A stretch of DNA of 63,841 nt, filler included, from Octopus bimaculoides (Eukaryota): the NCBI RefSeq assembly GCF_001194135.2. It is 4 parts of 4 records of this genome, joined end to end, with 100 filler letters (N's around TTAATTAATTAA, not from the genome) between each part and the next. Parts side by side here need not be neighbours in the genome. Positions count along the whole stretch, not along the records: positions 1 to 12,144 come from NC_069000.1; 3 more parts are not named here. The stretch is one strand, 5' to 3'. Both the position numbers and the translations under genes were made by a program. The notes under the pieces are model-generated. The model had not been told where the DNA came from. It searched no databases and worked only from the letters and a program-made list of their open reading frames with translations. Below are positions 1-11,199 of this stretch, piece by piece (positions within the stretch are counted from its first letter, which is position 1; every line of letters begins with the position of its first letter).

Positions 1-168
1 GTGTGTGTGTGTGTGCCCCTAACAACACTTGACAACAGATACTGGTGTGTTTTTCGGTTCGGCAAAAGAGACCGATAGAATAAGTCCTGGGATCGATTTG
101 CTCGACTAACGGCGGCGCTCCAGCATGGCCGCAGTCAAATGACTGAAACAAGTAAAAGAAAAAAAGAA
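1..168 (+). mobile_element. SINE family A (CORE/OR2-like), 3' part
   Basis: Matches the 3' half of full copies (ccgatagaataagt...ggcggtgctccagcatggccgcagtcaaatgactgaaacaagtaaaaga). Confidence 0.85.
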
Positions 169-509
169 TATATATATATATATATCGTTCCTATTTCGTT
201 TTGAATTATTTACGAAACCTTACAGCGTGTTTACTTTTCTGTATGTCTTTGTTATTTTTTTTTTATAACAAAGTTTAATCTCTCAAAATGCCATCAACCA
301 AGAAGAAGCATGAACAAACTTTTCAAGCAAACGTTGTTGCTGCTTAACAAGATCGTTCGATCTCCCTCAAATCACACACTACTCATTTTTATGACATGAA
401 GAAAGCATTCGACATTGTAGTCACTGGTATACAAAAATATGGAATGGTCACGATGGGAACGCCTTCAGTCATAGTTCTGCTCGATCAGAGCTGCCTTGGG
501 GCTTCACAA

Positions 510-550
<41 letters not shown>

Positions 551-654
551 CAATGGTGATGGCTTCTTCCGTCGAATACAACGTATGAGCGTTCAGCTTT
601 TTGCCGAATGAATTGTTCATAGTGATCAAATGTATATGCGGTACGTTAGCTCAC

Positions 655-808
655 TCTCTCCATCACTCAACTGGTACTTATTTTATCGACCTCGAAAGGA
701 TGAACAGCATAGTCGACCTGGGCGGTATTTGAACTCAGAAAGTAAAGACGGACGAAATGCCGCTAAGCATTTCGTCCGGCGCGTTAACATTCCTGCCACC
801 TCGCCGCA
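655..808 (-). mobile_element. SINE family C (Meta-domain-like)
   Basis: Reverse complement of ggcgagctggcagaatcgttagc...ttctgagttcaaa...ttcatcctttcggggtcgataaaataagtaccag. Confidence 0.8.
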
Positions 809-868
809 TTTATTCTGCAAAACAATAAAAACGTTAAAAACAAAAACCCCTGTGCAATTGCTTCTTAC

Positions 869-1027
869 CTGGACAGTAACTTCTGATCATGCAAGGCTGG
901 AAGAGCCGGTTTCTGTAATCATCGGGCCTGCATGTAGGACACTGTCGGTACTTCGACCGCCATCCGGCCCCACAAGTCACTGTACACTCAGTCCATTCTC
1001 CCCAGGGGGCAAGAGTAGGTTTGACAG
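869..1027 (-). CDS. Properdin-like gene, thrombospondin type-1 repeat exon (AVKPTLAPWGEWTECTVTCGAGWRSKYRQCPTCRPDDYRNRLFQPCMIRSYCP)
   Basis: Acceptor ttttttgttctag|, donor CCAG|gtaaga. 159 nt, symmetric phase 1-1. WxxWxxCxxTCGxG...RxRxC-like TSP1 motif. Confidence 0.93.
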
Positions 1028-1897
1028 CTAGAACAAAAAAAAAGACGGGAAACAAACAATTTTAAGTAAATGTGAGTTACCAGTTATTGGTGCAATTGGC
1101 ATGGAATGTTTTAAAGAACGATAAGTTTAAGTTAAAAATTAAGAAAAAATATGTAAATAAAAAACTACATTAATGATACTTGTGTATAAATACAATTATG
1201 AATAACGAACTTAAAAAGCTTCAATTATTAATAACAAGCTTTTGCTCAGCCATTAACATGGATTTTGTAATATATAATTTGATATTCGCTATGGGATCAA
1301 TTTTCGACTCTCTTTGATATTTACTGTATTTTTAACACATCAAATCCATGAGATATTATCCTAGGACAAATACTGCAGTAACTACGTACCAGATAAATAT
1401 CAACCGGATAACTATTCGCAACATCAGTGAATGCTTTATTCAATTTATTTCCTATATCAGGGACGACGAATTCTTGCCCAAACATGTAACTGGCTGCGAC
1501 TACGCACCATGGAAAAGGCCGAAATGCATCAGGCGTTTTCACTGGCTACTGTTGGCACGAATTTCCATCTCTCCCTCTGATATATATATATAGTATTTTT
1601 AGCATAATTTAATATTTTTATTTAATGAGCGGTGCATCAAGATATCCGTTGAGGGACACCGTTGGGAAAATACTGAAATAAATCTAATTCGAAATATCAA
1701 TTTCTTACATTGGTACAAGGTCATATTTATTTGCAGGGAAAGAAATTAGATGATTCAATCAACCCAAGTATATTTCATCGGACACCAAAAAGAAACATAA
1801 ACTCTATCCTGCAGATTCTGAACTAGGAAATTATACTAATTACTGACCTGGCATTTAGTACGGTTTTCTAATGGTTCTACCATTCCACCATCGCAAA

Positions 1898-2598
1898 ATA
1901 TTGGTTTCAAATTTTGGTACAAGGCCAGAAATTTCGGGGAAGGTACTAAGTCGATTACATCGATCTGAGTACTCGGCTGGTACTTTATTTTATCGACTCA
2001 GAAAGGATGAAAGACAAAGTCGACCTCGGCGGAATAACTCGGAACGTAAAGACAACCGCTAAGCATTTTGTTCGGCGTGCTAACGATTCTGCCAGCTAAC
2101 CGTCCTACCTCGCTAAATATTGATTTCCAATTCAAGTCAGTGAGAGAGCTTTAAGTTGTTGCTGTCGCTCAACTGAAAAAACACAATCAAATCCCTTACT
2201 CATTACCTCTTTCGAAAAAAAAAGTAATAGAACAGTTTGCTTTATTCTTTTATACGTTTCAGCTATGATCATGCTGGAGCACCGCTTTTTTTTTTAATCC
2301 TTAGTACTGGATAGGACGGTTACCTGATTTACATGACGTATAAGTGACCGAGATCACAACATTCCTCTGAACAGGATGTCGGTCTGTCACAAAGCCAACA
2401 AATTTGAAGAGAGTGGGGTGGGGAACAAGTCGATTACATCGACCCCAGCACTTGACTGGTACTATATTTTATCGACTCAGAAAGGATGAAAGGCAAAGTA
2501 GAGCTCGGTGGAATTTTAACTTAAAACTTAAAGAGCCAGAAGAAATGCCGTTAAGCATTTTCTCCAACATGGTAACGATTCTGTCAGATCACCGCCTT
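1898..2598 (-). mobile_element. Two SINE family C copies (about 1898-2105 and 2405-2598)
   Basis: Same consensus as 30391-30622, reverse strand, diverged. Confidence 0.8.
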
Positions 2599-2704
2599 AC
2601 CAGAAATTGGAATGAAATAAAACTACTGTCTGAAATGACAAAATTATCACGAGTAGTACTGAATGTCTCTGATCATCTATAGGTTTACTGATCTAGGGTT
2701 AAGC

Positions 2705-3015
2705 TGGCACTCCGTCGGTTACGACGACGAGTGTTCCAATTGATCCGATCAACGGAACAACCTACTCATGAAATTGACGTGCAAGTGACTGGGCGCTCCA
2801 CAGACACGTGTACCCTTAATGTAGTTCTCATGGATTTTCAGCGTGACACAGACTGCGACAAAGCTGGCCCTTTGAAATACAAGTACTATTCATTTTTACC
2901 AACTGAGTAGACTGGAGCACTGTAAAATAAAGCGTCTTGCTCAAGAACACAACGCGCCACCGGGCTTCGAAAGTACGACCTTAGGTTCGTGAGACGAATA
3001 CCCTAACCGCTACGT
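2705..3015 (-). mobile_element. SINE family B, diverged
   Basis: ggcactccgtcggttacgacgacgag...ttgatccgatcaacggaaca...cagcgtgaca is the reverse of the 31241-31624 consensus. Confidence 0.8.
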
Positions 3016-3215
3016 CACATTAAGGTTAGACTATAACAATAACAACAATTGAATTCTTACGAAGGTGGAGAGACATGTATTTTAGAGGAGATAAAATCAA
3101 TGAAATGAAAACGCCTTACCCAATACATTGATTGGTATTTATTCTATCAACCATTCTCCCCACCCACTAGAAGGATATGGCACATTAGCAAAAAAAACTT
3201 AAAAAGCAAACTTAC

Positions 3216-3291
3216 CATCAGGAGGTGGCAGGGAAAATTTCTTCCAGATTTCGCAAGATGTACACTGGTAGGAGTTCTTCCCGACTTTATG
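3216..3291 (-). CDS. Properdin-like gene, TB-like domain end and linker (HKVGKNSYQCTSCEIWKKFSLPPPD)
   Basis: Acceptor attacatttcag|, donor GATG|gtaagt. 76 nt, phase 0 to 1, matching both neighbours. Supplies the final CxxC. Confidence 0.88.
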
Positions 3292-3339
3292 CTGAAATGT
3301 AATAATTATCACTTTAGAGCAATTTACAAATATAATCCT

Positions 3340-3465
3340 TTCTACTTTTGGCACAAGGCCGGCATGTTCGGGGGAGTGGGGTAAGTCGATTTCATCGACC
3401 CCAGTGTTCAAACTGATACTTATTTCATCGACCCCGAAAGGATGAAAGATAAAGTCGACCTCAGC
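3340..3465 (-). mobile_element. SINE family C, 3' part
   Basis: ggcacaaggcc...tcgaccccgaaaggatgaaagataaagtcgacctc. Confidence 0.75.
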
Positions 3466-3666
3466 ATGTAGGTATATCTGTATATGCTTCTCTCATTATG
3501 TGTGAGTGTGTGAGAGAGAGAGAGGGGGGAGAGTGTATGCGTATGAACATATGAATATTAAGGTACAGAAAGTGATTTCTAATTCTTCAATCTTTTTACA
3601 TACTATATTTCATTAGTTTAATTTAACGGCTTATTTCTTCAATACATACATACATATCGTGCTACA

Positions 3667-3679
<13 letters not shown>

Positions 3680-3753
<74 letters not shown>

Positions 3754-4553
3754 AAGGATGTCTATGTATGTATGTATGTGTGTGTGTAGTACGTATGCAT
3801 TTCTACGGTTTTAAACCGATTTTCACCAAACTTTACACGCACATTATTTATGTGCCAAGGATGGTCATACACTATAACATTTTGCCCAGAGATCCCCGCG
3901 TAAAGCAAGAAACCGGTTTTTTTCTCTAAAAACTTCTGCAGTTTTCAACCGATTCTCTCTCTGTTTATTTATCTCTTCTCTCTCTTTTTCTCATTCTCAG
4001 TTTCTCTAGGTTATGCATATTCTTTCTCACCCTCTGTGATAGTTCCTTTCCTTTAGTATATGTCTGTTTCTCTCTCACTCACTCACTCACACGCTAACTT
4101 CTGTCTACGAATTGTTTTCCGTGTATTTCAATTACTCGTACGTAAAAATCGCTGTTGCTGCGGTTTTTGTACGTTTTCCCTGAAAAATAATTTAGCTATT
4201 TTTAATTTTTGTTCACCCAGTGTGTTTAAATTCAGTTTTGCCACATCTGCCTAAAAATTGACTTCAGTGTATTTCAATTTTGTCGTGCGTAAATATCTTT
4301 GTTTTTACGGTATTTGTACGTTCTCCCTACAACATTATTTATTTAAAATTTTTTGGCACTCCGTCTATTTAAATACACTATTTTTCTTCCTCTATCAAAA
4401 AAAACGTTGTGCGTGCGGCCGTGCATGTGTACGTATGACCGCTTTGGGCCACATACAGTAGTCATGCGTTAGAAAAAGCTATCCTAAAGCGGCTCAAGTT
4501 TTTCTGGCAAGCTTTTTTCTTATAGAGCTTTGTACGCTCAAACAGGGTTTGTA
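3680..4553. mobile_element. Possible non-autonomous Helitron-like element running into a gap
   Basis: TC(TA)n-AAAA start followed by (TGTA)n and aaaccgattttcaccaaact, a layout recalled for Helitron-derived elements. 3' end not visible. Confidence 0.3.
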
Positions 4554-5384
4554 NNNNNNNNNNNNNNNNNNNNNNNNNNNNNNNNNNNNNNNNNNNNNNN
4601 NNNNNNNNNNNNNNNNNNNNNNNNNNNNNNNNNNNNNNNNNNNNNNNNNNNNNNNNNNNNNNNNNNNNNNNNNNNNNNNNNNNNNNNNNNNNNNNNNNNN
4701 NNNNNNNNNNNNNNNNNNNNNNNNNNNNNNNNNNNNNNNNNNNNNNNNNNNNNNNNNNNNNNNNNNNNNNNNNNNNNNNNNNNNNNNNNNNNNNNNNNNN
4801 NNNNNNNNNNNNNNNNNNNNNNNNNNNNNNNNNNNNNNNNNNNNNNNNNNNNNNNNNNNNNNNNNNNNNNNNNNNNNNNNNNNNNNNNNNNNNNNNNNNN
4901 NNNNNNNNNNNNNNNNNNNNNNNNNNNNNNNNNNNNNNNNNNNNNNNNNNNNNNNNNNNNNNNNNNNNNNNNNNNNNNNNNNNNNNNNNNNNNNNNNNNN
5001 NNNNNNNNNNNNNNNNNNNNNNNNNNNNNNNNNNNNNNNNNNNNNNNNNNNNNNNNNNNNNNNNNNNNNNNNNNNNNNNNNNNNNNNNNNNNNNNNNNNN
5101 NNNNNNNNNNNNNNNNNNNNNNNGTTTCCTGAAATTCACTAACAGCACACCTGATGCTCCCAAACCTCTTTTTTTTTTTTGTATTTTTGTTGTTGTTGTT
5201 GTTGTTTTGGTCTTTTTTAAGACTTATTCACTGTTCACTTCCAGTGCTTATCCGATGTACTGTTCATACAGTTCTGGTTACTTTTTCTGATGAGTTGTTG
5301 TGTACCTGAGCACTGTATACAATAAGTTTCCTATTCCCTTTGCAGTCAATAAATTATATTATGCTCCGTACGCGCCTAATACGG

Positions 5385-5592
5385 TGAGCTGGCAGAATCG
5401 TTAGCACACTGCGCAAAATGCTTTGCGGCGTTCCTTCTATCACTACGTTCTGAGTTCAAATTCAGCCGAGGTCGACTTTGCCTTTCATCCTTTCGGAAGC
5501 GCTAAAATAAGTATCATTTGAACACTGAGATCAATGTAATCGACTTTAAACCCTTACCACAAACCTGCTGGTCTAATGCCAAAATTTGAAAT
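5385..5592 (+). mobile_element. SINE family C
   Basis: ggtgagctggcagaatcgttagc head and gtcgactttgcctttcatcctttcgg core. Confidence 0.82.
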
Positions 5593-5597
5593 CACCA

Positions 5598-5630
<33 letters not shown>

Positions 5631-5677
5631 GTAGTAGTAGTAAATTAATAAATAGTTAAAAGAAAAGGCTCACTCAC

Positions 5678-5805
5678 CACTTTCCTTGTCCAACCAGAAC
5701 CCCGATCACTACAACACTGAATGGCTGTTGAATAGACTTGTCTCTTTAACGGTCGTTTACAAACTCCTCGTCGTTTACGGAATTTTTTATAACACACAAC
5801 GGATC
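5678..5805 (-). CDS. Properdin-like gene, TB-like domain first part (SVVCYKKFRKRRGVCKRPLKRQVYSTAIQCCSDRGSGWTRKV)
   Basis: Strong acceptor ttgttttccccttccag| and donor GTG|gtgagt. 128 nt, phase 1 to 0, open frame with C-x10-C-x14-CC. Confidence 0.88.
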
Positions 5806-6062
5806 CTGGAAGGGGAAAACAAGAAATTTTACGATTAAGATATTGGATAAGGGAGAGTGGTCTTTAACAGTTGGCTGTATCGATCATGTATATTTTTATT
5901 TCTCTGGTCCATATTGCATCGAGTAAGAAAGGGAAAATCGCATATTTGAATTTAGAACTTGTAGCTACAAAATCCAGTTCCATTGCACCTTCTCACTCTT
6001 TTAACATTGATACTACTCTGTCTTGGCACTGCCAGAGTAGAAAGCTACAAGGAATACCTAAC

Positions 6063-6099
6063 GAACGTATACTATAAGAACAAGAATAAACAAGACAAA
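6063..6099 (-). CDS. Properdin-like gene, signal-peptide hydrophobic core (FVLFILVLIVYV-R)
   Basis: Acceptor ttcattattttag|, 37 nt, donor TTC|gttagg (phase 0 to 1). Gives MIIFPRHLFVLFILVLIVYVRS/VVCY with a V-x-S cleavage motif. The donor is sub-consensus and T-rich DNA yields hydrophobic peptides by chance. Confidence 0.5.
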
Positions 6100-6254
6100 C
6101 TAAAATAATGAAACAATTGTACGTATACAACAACAAAAAATAAGTAAACAAATACAACAGAAAAAGAATAATTATACATATGCAACAGGAAAAGGCCTTA
6201 CGTTAGTGCGAATATGCTGTTATAACAATATTCTATTAACAATAAAAGGTGATG

Positions 6255-6680
6255 AGTTAGCAGAATCTTTAGCACGTTGGGCAAAATGCTTAGCGGCATT
6301 TCGTCCGTCCTTACGTTCTGAGTTCAAATTCCGCCGAAGTTGACTTTTCCTTTCATCCTTTAGGGGAAGATAAAATAAGTACCAGTTGAACACAGGGATC
6401 GATGTAACCGATTTACCCCCCCTGCCCCGAAATTGCTTGCCTTGTGCCAAAATTGGAAATCAATATTTATGTCGGCGAGTTGGCAGAATCGTTAGCACGC
6501 TAGGCATAGCGCTTTGCGGCATTTCGTCCATCTTTACGTTCAGAGTTCAAATTCTGCCGAGGTCGACTTTGCCTTTCATCTTTTCGGGGTGGATTAAATA
6601 TGTACCAGTTGAGCACTGGGATCGAAGTAATCGACTTGCCCACTGCCCCAAAACTGCTAGCCTTTGGAATCGATATTTTA
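6255..6680 (+). mobile_element. Two tandem SINE family C copies (about 6255-6450 and 6472-6680)
   Basis: Two consecutive head-core-tail matches. Confidence 0.82.
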
Positions 6681-6995
6681 TTACCAAGAAAAATATTTGA
6701 AATCGATATTTTATTTGCAATAAAAATCATAATTTTTTCTTGTGTTTGGTAATTACATACAATTCAAAGAGTATCTGGAAGTGTCTGATAGCATAGACCT
6801 GTAGATTGATGTGAGATTCTATGAAGAAAAGATCACTTAACTAGAAAGAGAACGACATCATCTGTTGTAAAACGATACTCGTTTGCCTTTTTTTTTTTTT
6901 GTTACTGTCTATGTATATTCTTGAACAGATATGTACATTCCTGTATATCAGTATATGTATACATTCTTATATATCTTATATATATTTCTGAATAC

Positions 6996-7019
6996 CAGAT
7001 GACGAGGAAAAATAATCAT
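6996..7019 (-). CDS. Properdin-like gene, putative start exon (MIIFPRHL); exon extends as 5'UTR to acceptor at 7040
   Basis: Minus strand: ttcactag|CGAAAG...ACAC-ATG ATT ATT TTT CCT CGT CAT CTG|gtattc. Phase-0 donor joins in frame to 6063-6099. Confidence 0.55.
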
Positions 7020-7394
7020 GTGTTTATTTCTTCTCTTTCGCTAGTGAAGTAAACTGGGTTATGTACATATAGAAGTATTTTAAGTACAGTTTTGGGCGAT
7101 TCCATAAGGTTAGTGTTTTACAAAATGCTGTCACTACTCGGCAATTGAACCTTACAGACAAGCTTGGGATTTATGATGCAAACACAATTTGCTTACATTT
7201 TATTCTGTACGAAATAATGCTTTAACGACAAGGAGCTGAAAACAGGTATTTCACAATACAACTTTCTAGATGTCTTTATGTAGTAGTCACTGAGTGCTAA
7301 AAACTATATAATAGAGAGATAAAATAATATACTTTGATATAAATGCATCGGTGTGCATGCAAAATACACTAGGAAGTACAAAAATTAATATTCT

Positions 7395-7695
7395 TTCTAA
7401 TTTTGGCTCAAATCCAGGACTTTTGAGTGGAGGGGATAAGTCGATTACATTGATCCCAGTACTCAACAGGTACTTTTTTTTAGAAAAACGACCCCCGAAA
7501 GAATGAAAGGCAAATTCGACCTCGGCGAAATTTGAACTCAGAACGTAAAATCGAAAGCCGTTAAGCATTTTGCCCAGTATGATAACGATCGTGCCAGCTC
7601 GCCACCTTGCAATATAAATATTGATTTGAAATTTTGGCATGAACGAAAGGCAAGAATGAAAGGCATAGTGAACCTCGGCGAAATTTGAACTCAAG
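7395..7695 (-). mobile_element. SINE family C plus a partial second copy
   Basis: gacccccgaaagaatgaaaggcaaattcgacctcggcgaaatttgaactcagaacg, partly repeated at 7645-7693. Confidence 0.78.
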
Positions 7696-7829
7696 TATAA
7701 ATATTAATATTAAAATGTCATTTTACCCTGTACACGATGCCTGTATTTCGGTTACAGTTTCAGTCTCATTACTGTCGGAAAGCGATATATATATATAGAG
7801 AGAGAGAGAGATAAAGCAATGGGAAAAGT

Positions 7830-8420
7830 GAAAGAATACGTTGCAACAGTTTTGATCGGTGGTAAGAGACAGGGATCGAGGTGAATGCAGTGAATAACAA
7901 AATACGGGCGGGGGCGAGGTCAACGGTGAGTCTCCTGTTTTGGGGAAAAGTGGAGGAAAATAGGAGTGGGTCAAGGAGGATGTGATAAATGGCAGTACAT
8001 AAAAGGTGTGATGGTGAGAAGTAGTATAGTAAAACAGAATAGAACTAGGGAAATGATGTGGAGAGCGTGAGGCGGGGGTGAGAGAATGGTACGTAGGGAT
8101 GGATATAGGGAGTGACAAACACAAAAACATTAGGGATCGATGATGTGGGTGTGATGAATAAAGTGATAAGGTGTGGTGATAAAGTGATGCTGAGAGTGCG
8201 GGATGGGTGACAAAGGAAGTGGTTCTAAGGAGAGGAATGACTGGCGGTACAAAAGTGGGTGTGGGTCATGTGCAGTTCGGCTCTCATGTGGTTACGACAA
8301 CTGCGCAAATAATGCTTTAGTCTCAAGAGTAATGGAGCAATGTGTGTTAGGAAAATGAGTTGCTGGGAAGACTTGGCAGAGAGAAACTGAGTGCAGAGCA
8401 TGGATATAAACAAAATGGTT
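7830..8420 (-). mobile_element. Decayed Penelope-like element 3' fragment
   Basis: Minus frame HALHSVSLCQVFPATHF...ETKALF resembles the GIY-YIG C-terminus, followed by a pyrimidine-rich 3' region like 55980-56500. Confidence 0.45.
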
Positions 8421-8469
8421 TTAAGACCTCTTTTTCTTTTTTATTTTTTATTTTCTTTGCTAAGACTGA

Positions 8470-8700
8470 CAGGTCTTCTCGAGCTTAGCGAATTGTCAAT
8501 CATCTCAGTCCTTTTTCATTTCCTCTATGAAGCTCAACATCCAAGGGTCGGTCTACACAGCTTCATCTCACATCTTCCCGAGTCTCCTTCCACAGACCCC
8601 CATGCACATTTAGCTCGCAGTTCGCACTTCTTTGTGGAGCTGTTCTCATGCATACGCACTACATGATCATACGAGCAGAGTCTTCTCTTCTACAAAATCT
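8470..8700 (-). mobile_element. RTE-clade LINE 3' coding remnant
   Basis: KRRLCSYDHVVRM resembles RRLRWYGHVxRM. A second frame reads DEAV*TDPWMLSFIEEMKKD*DD*QFAKLEKT, the RTE C-terminus with stops. Confidence 0.7.
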
Positions 8701-9114
8701 GATGCCTGTTATATCAAATTTTCCTCTTAAAACATTAACATTGATCGAACAACTGAATCCTCAACACCGAAATCGATGGAGGACTGTATAAGTATGTACA
8801 TGTGAGGCGGGGTACGCGCCCGCGTGTGTGTGTATTCGTGCGTGTTTCCAAGTAATCAGATCGTCTTTTCCAGGAAAACATGTCCATTATGTAGAGTTCT
8901 TGATTTTTGAGATTATCACCCCTTCTCATTTGGAACTGGTCCCAAGATCTACCAAACAAATTGTTCTAATGTCCCCGGAATCTGAGATAATTTCAATTAA
9001 TCAAGAATCGATTTTTCGTATTAGAAAATCTACCTTATTCAGCCTTGTTTTTCACATAAATCCCACTAACTACTCCAAACTTTTCTTTCATTTCATTTCT
9101 GCATTTATGTATGC

Positions 9115-9182
<68 letters not shown>

Positions 9183-9285
9183 ATGCATGTATGTATGTAA
9201 CAACTGTCTAAGGAAGAATCTATAATTGCACGTTTAAAACACCTGAGTGTCTACTATCACAACAGGTGCTAGCACCTATTATGTA

Positions 9286-9598
9286 CAGGGTGGTCCGAAA
9301 GTCTTGTCACCACCTGTGAATATTCTTTTCTTTTCTACTTTAGGCACAAGGCCCGAAATTTTGGGGGAGTGGTGGCCAGTCGATTAGATCGACACCAGTA
9401 CGCAACTAGTACTTAATTTATCGACCGCAAAAGGATGAAAGGCAAAGTCGACCTCGGCGGAATTTGAACTCAGAACGTAAAGACAGAGGCCAAGCACTTT
9501 GCCCGGCGTGCTAACGTTTCTGCCAGCTCACCGCCTTTGTTTTTCTATTGTCCTTATTACTTTTCGGTAGGAGGTGACAAGACTTTCGGACCACCTTG
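9286..9598. mobile_element. Tc1/mariner-type MITE with nested SINE C (about 9345-9535, minus)
   Basis: TIRs cagggtggtccgaaagtcttgtcacc / ggtgacaagactttcggaccaccttg, TA on both sides. Confidence 0.85.
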
Positions 9599-11199
9599 TA
9601 CATAACCTCATTTATTCTTTTAAATACAAAATAAGATTCTATTTCGTTGGCCAAGTTCATCTGAGGCCTCATAGGGAGGAATATAAACTACTCTGTTTCA
9701 TGGTCTATTATAGGCAATGCTCTTCTTTACAGTGGAGGTGGCGGGAGCTGTGATTTTAGTTAAGTAGAGGCGGTGGAAATACTCAATTGTAAATTCAGAT
9801 TAATTAACACAACGAGTTATTAATTCGCTGTCCTCATTATTTAACAAAACATTCTTAAAATCTCCACGCATTAAACTCACTTTATTACTGTACCAAGGTA
9901 TAAATAAGATTAATCGCTGTGTTATCTTATTATGGATTTTTCCTCTCCCCTCTTAAATTATCTGTTATGAAATATACCAAGTATTGTTTTTTTTCTAATT
10001 TCTAATTATCTTTAACTCAAAGCTTAATTTTATTTAATTGGCCTCACTTTAATTGTTGTAAACCTAATATTTCTCGAACGGACTAGAGAGGCAGATAATT
10101 AACATGAAATTTACATACAGTTACTATATACTCAGTTCACCTTATCATTGTCTCTCTTCTTCAAGCAACTTTAAAACACCAATCTTCCATGCACTGACCA
10201 GCAAATACAATAATGCCTCGATATACGAGCTAATTTGTTCCCGGAGACCGCTCGTAAAGCGAAAACTCGTAAGGCAGAGGGATAATTTCCCATAGTAGTA
10301 ATGTTATTATAGTTATTATATTATACTATATGTGTATGTGTGCGTGTGTTTGAGTGTACATAAATTATATGTATACATACGTTCGCACGTATATATATGC
10401 ATGCATATATGTAATTTTAAATTTAAACTTATATAAAAACTGCTACCAGCATTAGATTAATAGCATATGACATGCAAAATCCTAAGTTCAAACCTTAGCT
10501 CATATGTTAAATTATATTTGCAACACAACATGACATTTCATTTGATGAGGTCTCAACATTTTACTCTCATTACGTCATTAGCAAGCATTTCTTTAAAAAA
10601 ATTTTTGTTGTTGCCGTTCTTGTTGATTCTATTTACGTTGCCTGCTATTAGAATTCCTCGTGAAATAATTTATAATTGCTGGTGTTTTTGTTTCACAGGA
10701 CCAAAAACTACATCAAACTTAAATTATCTGCTGACACTTAAAGCATAAATAAACCATGAATACTGTTCCCACGCAGAATAAATACGCATATACAATCAAA
10801 TGCACACATTTATATACGTATACACACGCGCATGTATACGTACACACACACACCTTCGGGCATACATTCACGTACATTTAATCGCGCATTGCTCGAGGCA
10901 TTGCTGTGTGGTTAAGAAGTTCGCTTTGAAGTCGCGTGATTCAGGTTCGATCACGTTATGTCTTGAACAAAGGTCTTCTTACCATAGCCTCGAGTGGCCT
11001 CGTCTTGTGAGAAAAAATCCAAGGTTGTGATGGGGACAGACACAAATGCAAAGGCACTCACACACTACATATACACACACACGCACACATATACATACAT
11101 ATACATACATATACATACATATACGCACACACATACATACAAACATACATACATATATATATGCAAATATATATNNNNNNNNNNGTCAAAAAAAAGTAA

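Noticed and set aside
1356-1424. Signal-peptide-like minus ORF MLRIVIRLIFIWYVVTAVFVLG*
   Set aside because: No phase-1 GT donor (ctag|gataa), it lies inside the gene, and T-rich DNA often gives hydrophobic peptides.
6058-6216. Alternative signal-peptide model using micro-exons 6202-6216 and 6058-6071 (MIIFLVICIFALTIRSLG)
   Set aside because: It needs a 1-nt deletion in the A5 run at 7008-7012. The 6063-6099 model works with no frameshift. RNA-seq would decide.
8534-8689. Cys-rich minus frame KRRLCSYDHVVRM...CEMKLCRPTLGC* that looked like a properdin TSR6 terminal exon of a paralogue
   Set aside because: It aligns better as a decayed RTE reverse transcriptase C-terminus (RRLRWYGHVxRM), and adjacent frames continue the RTE tail.
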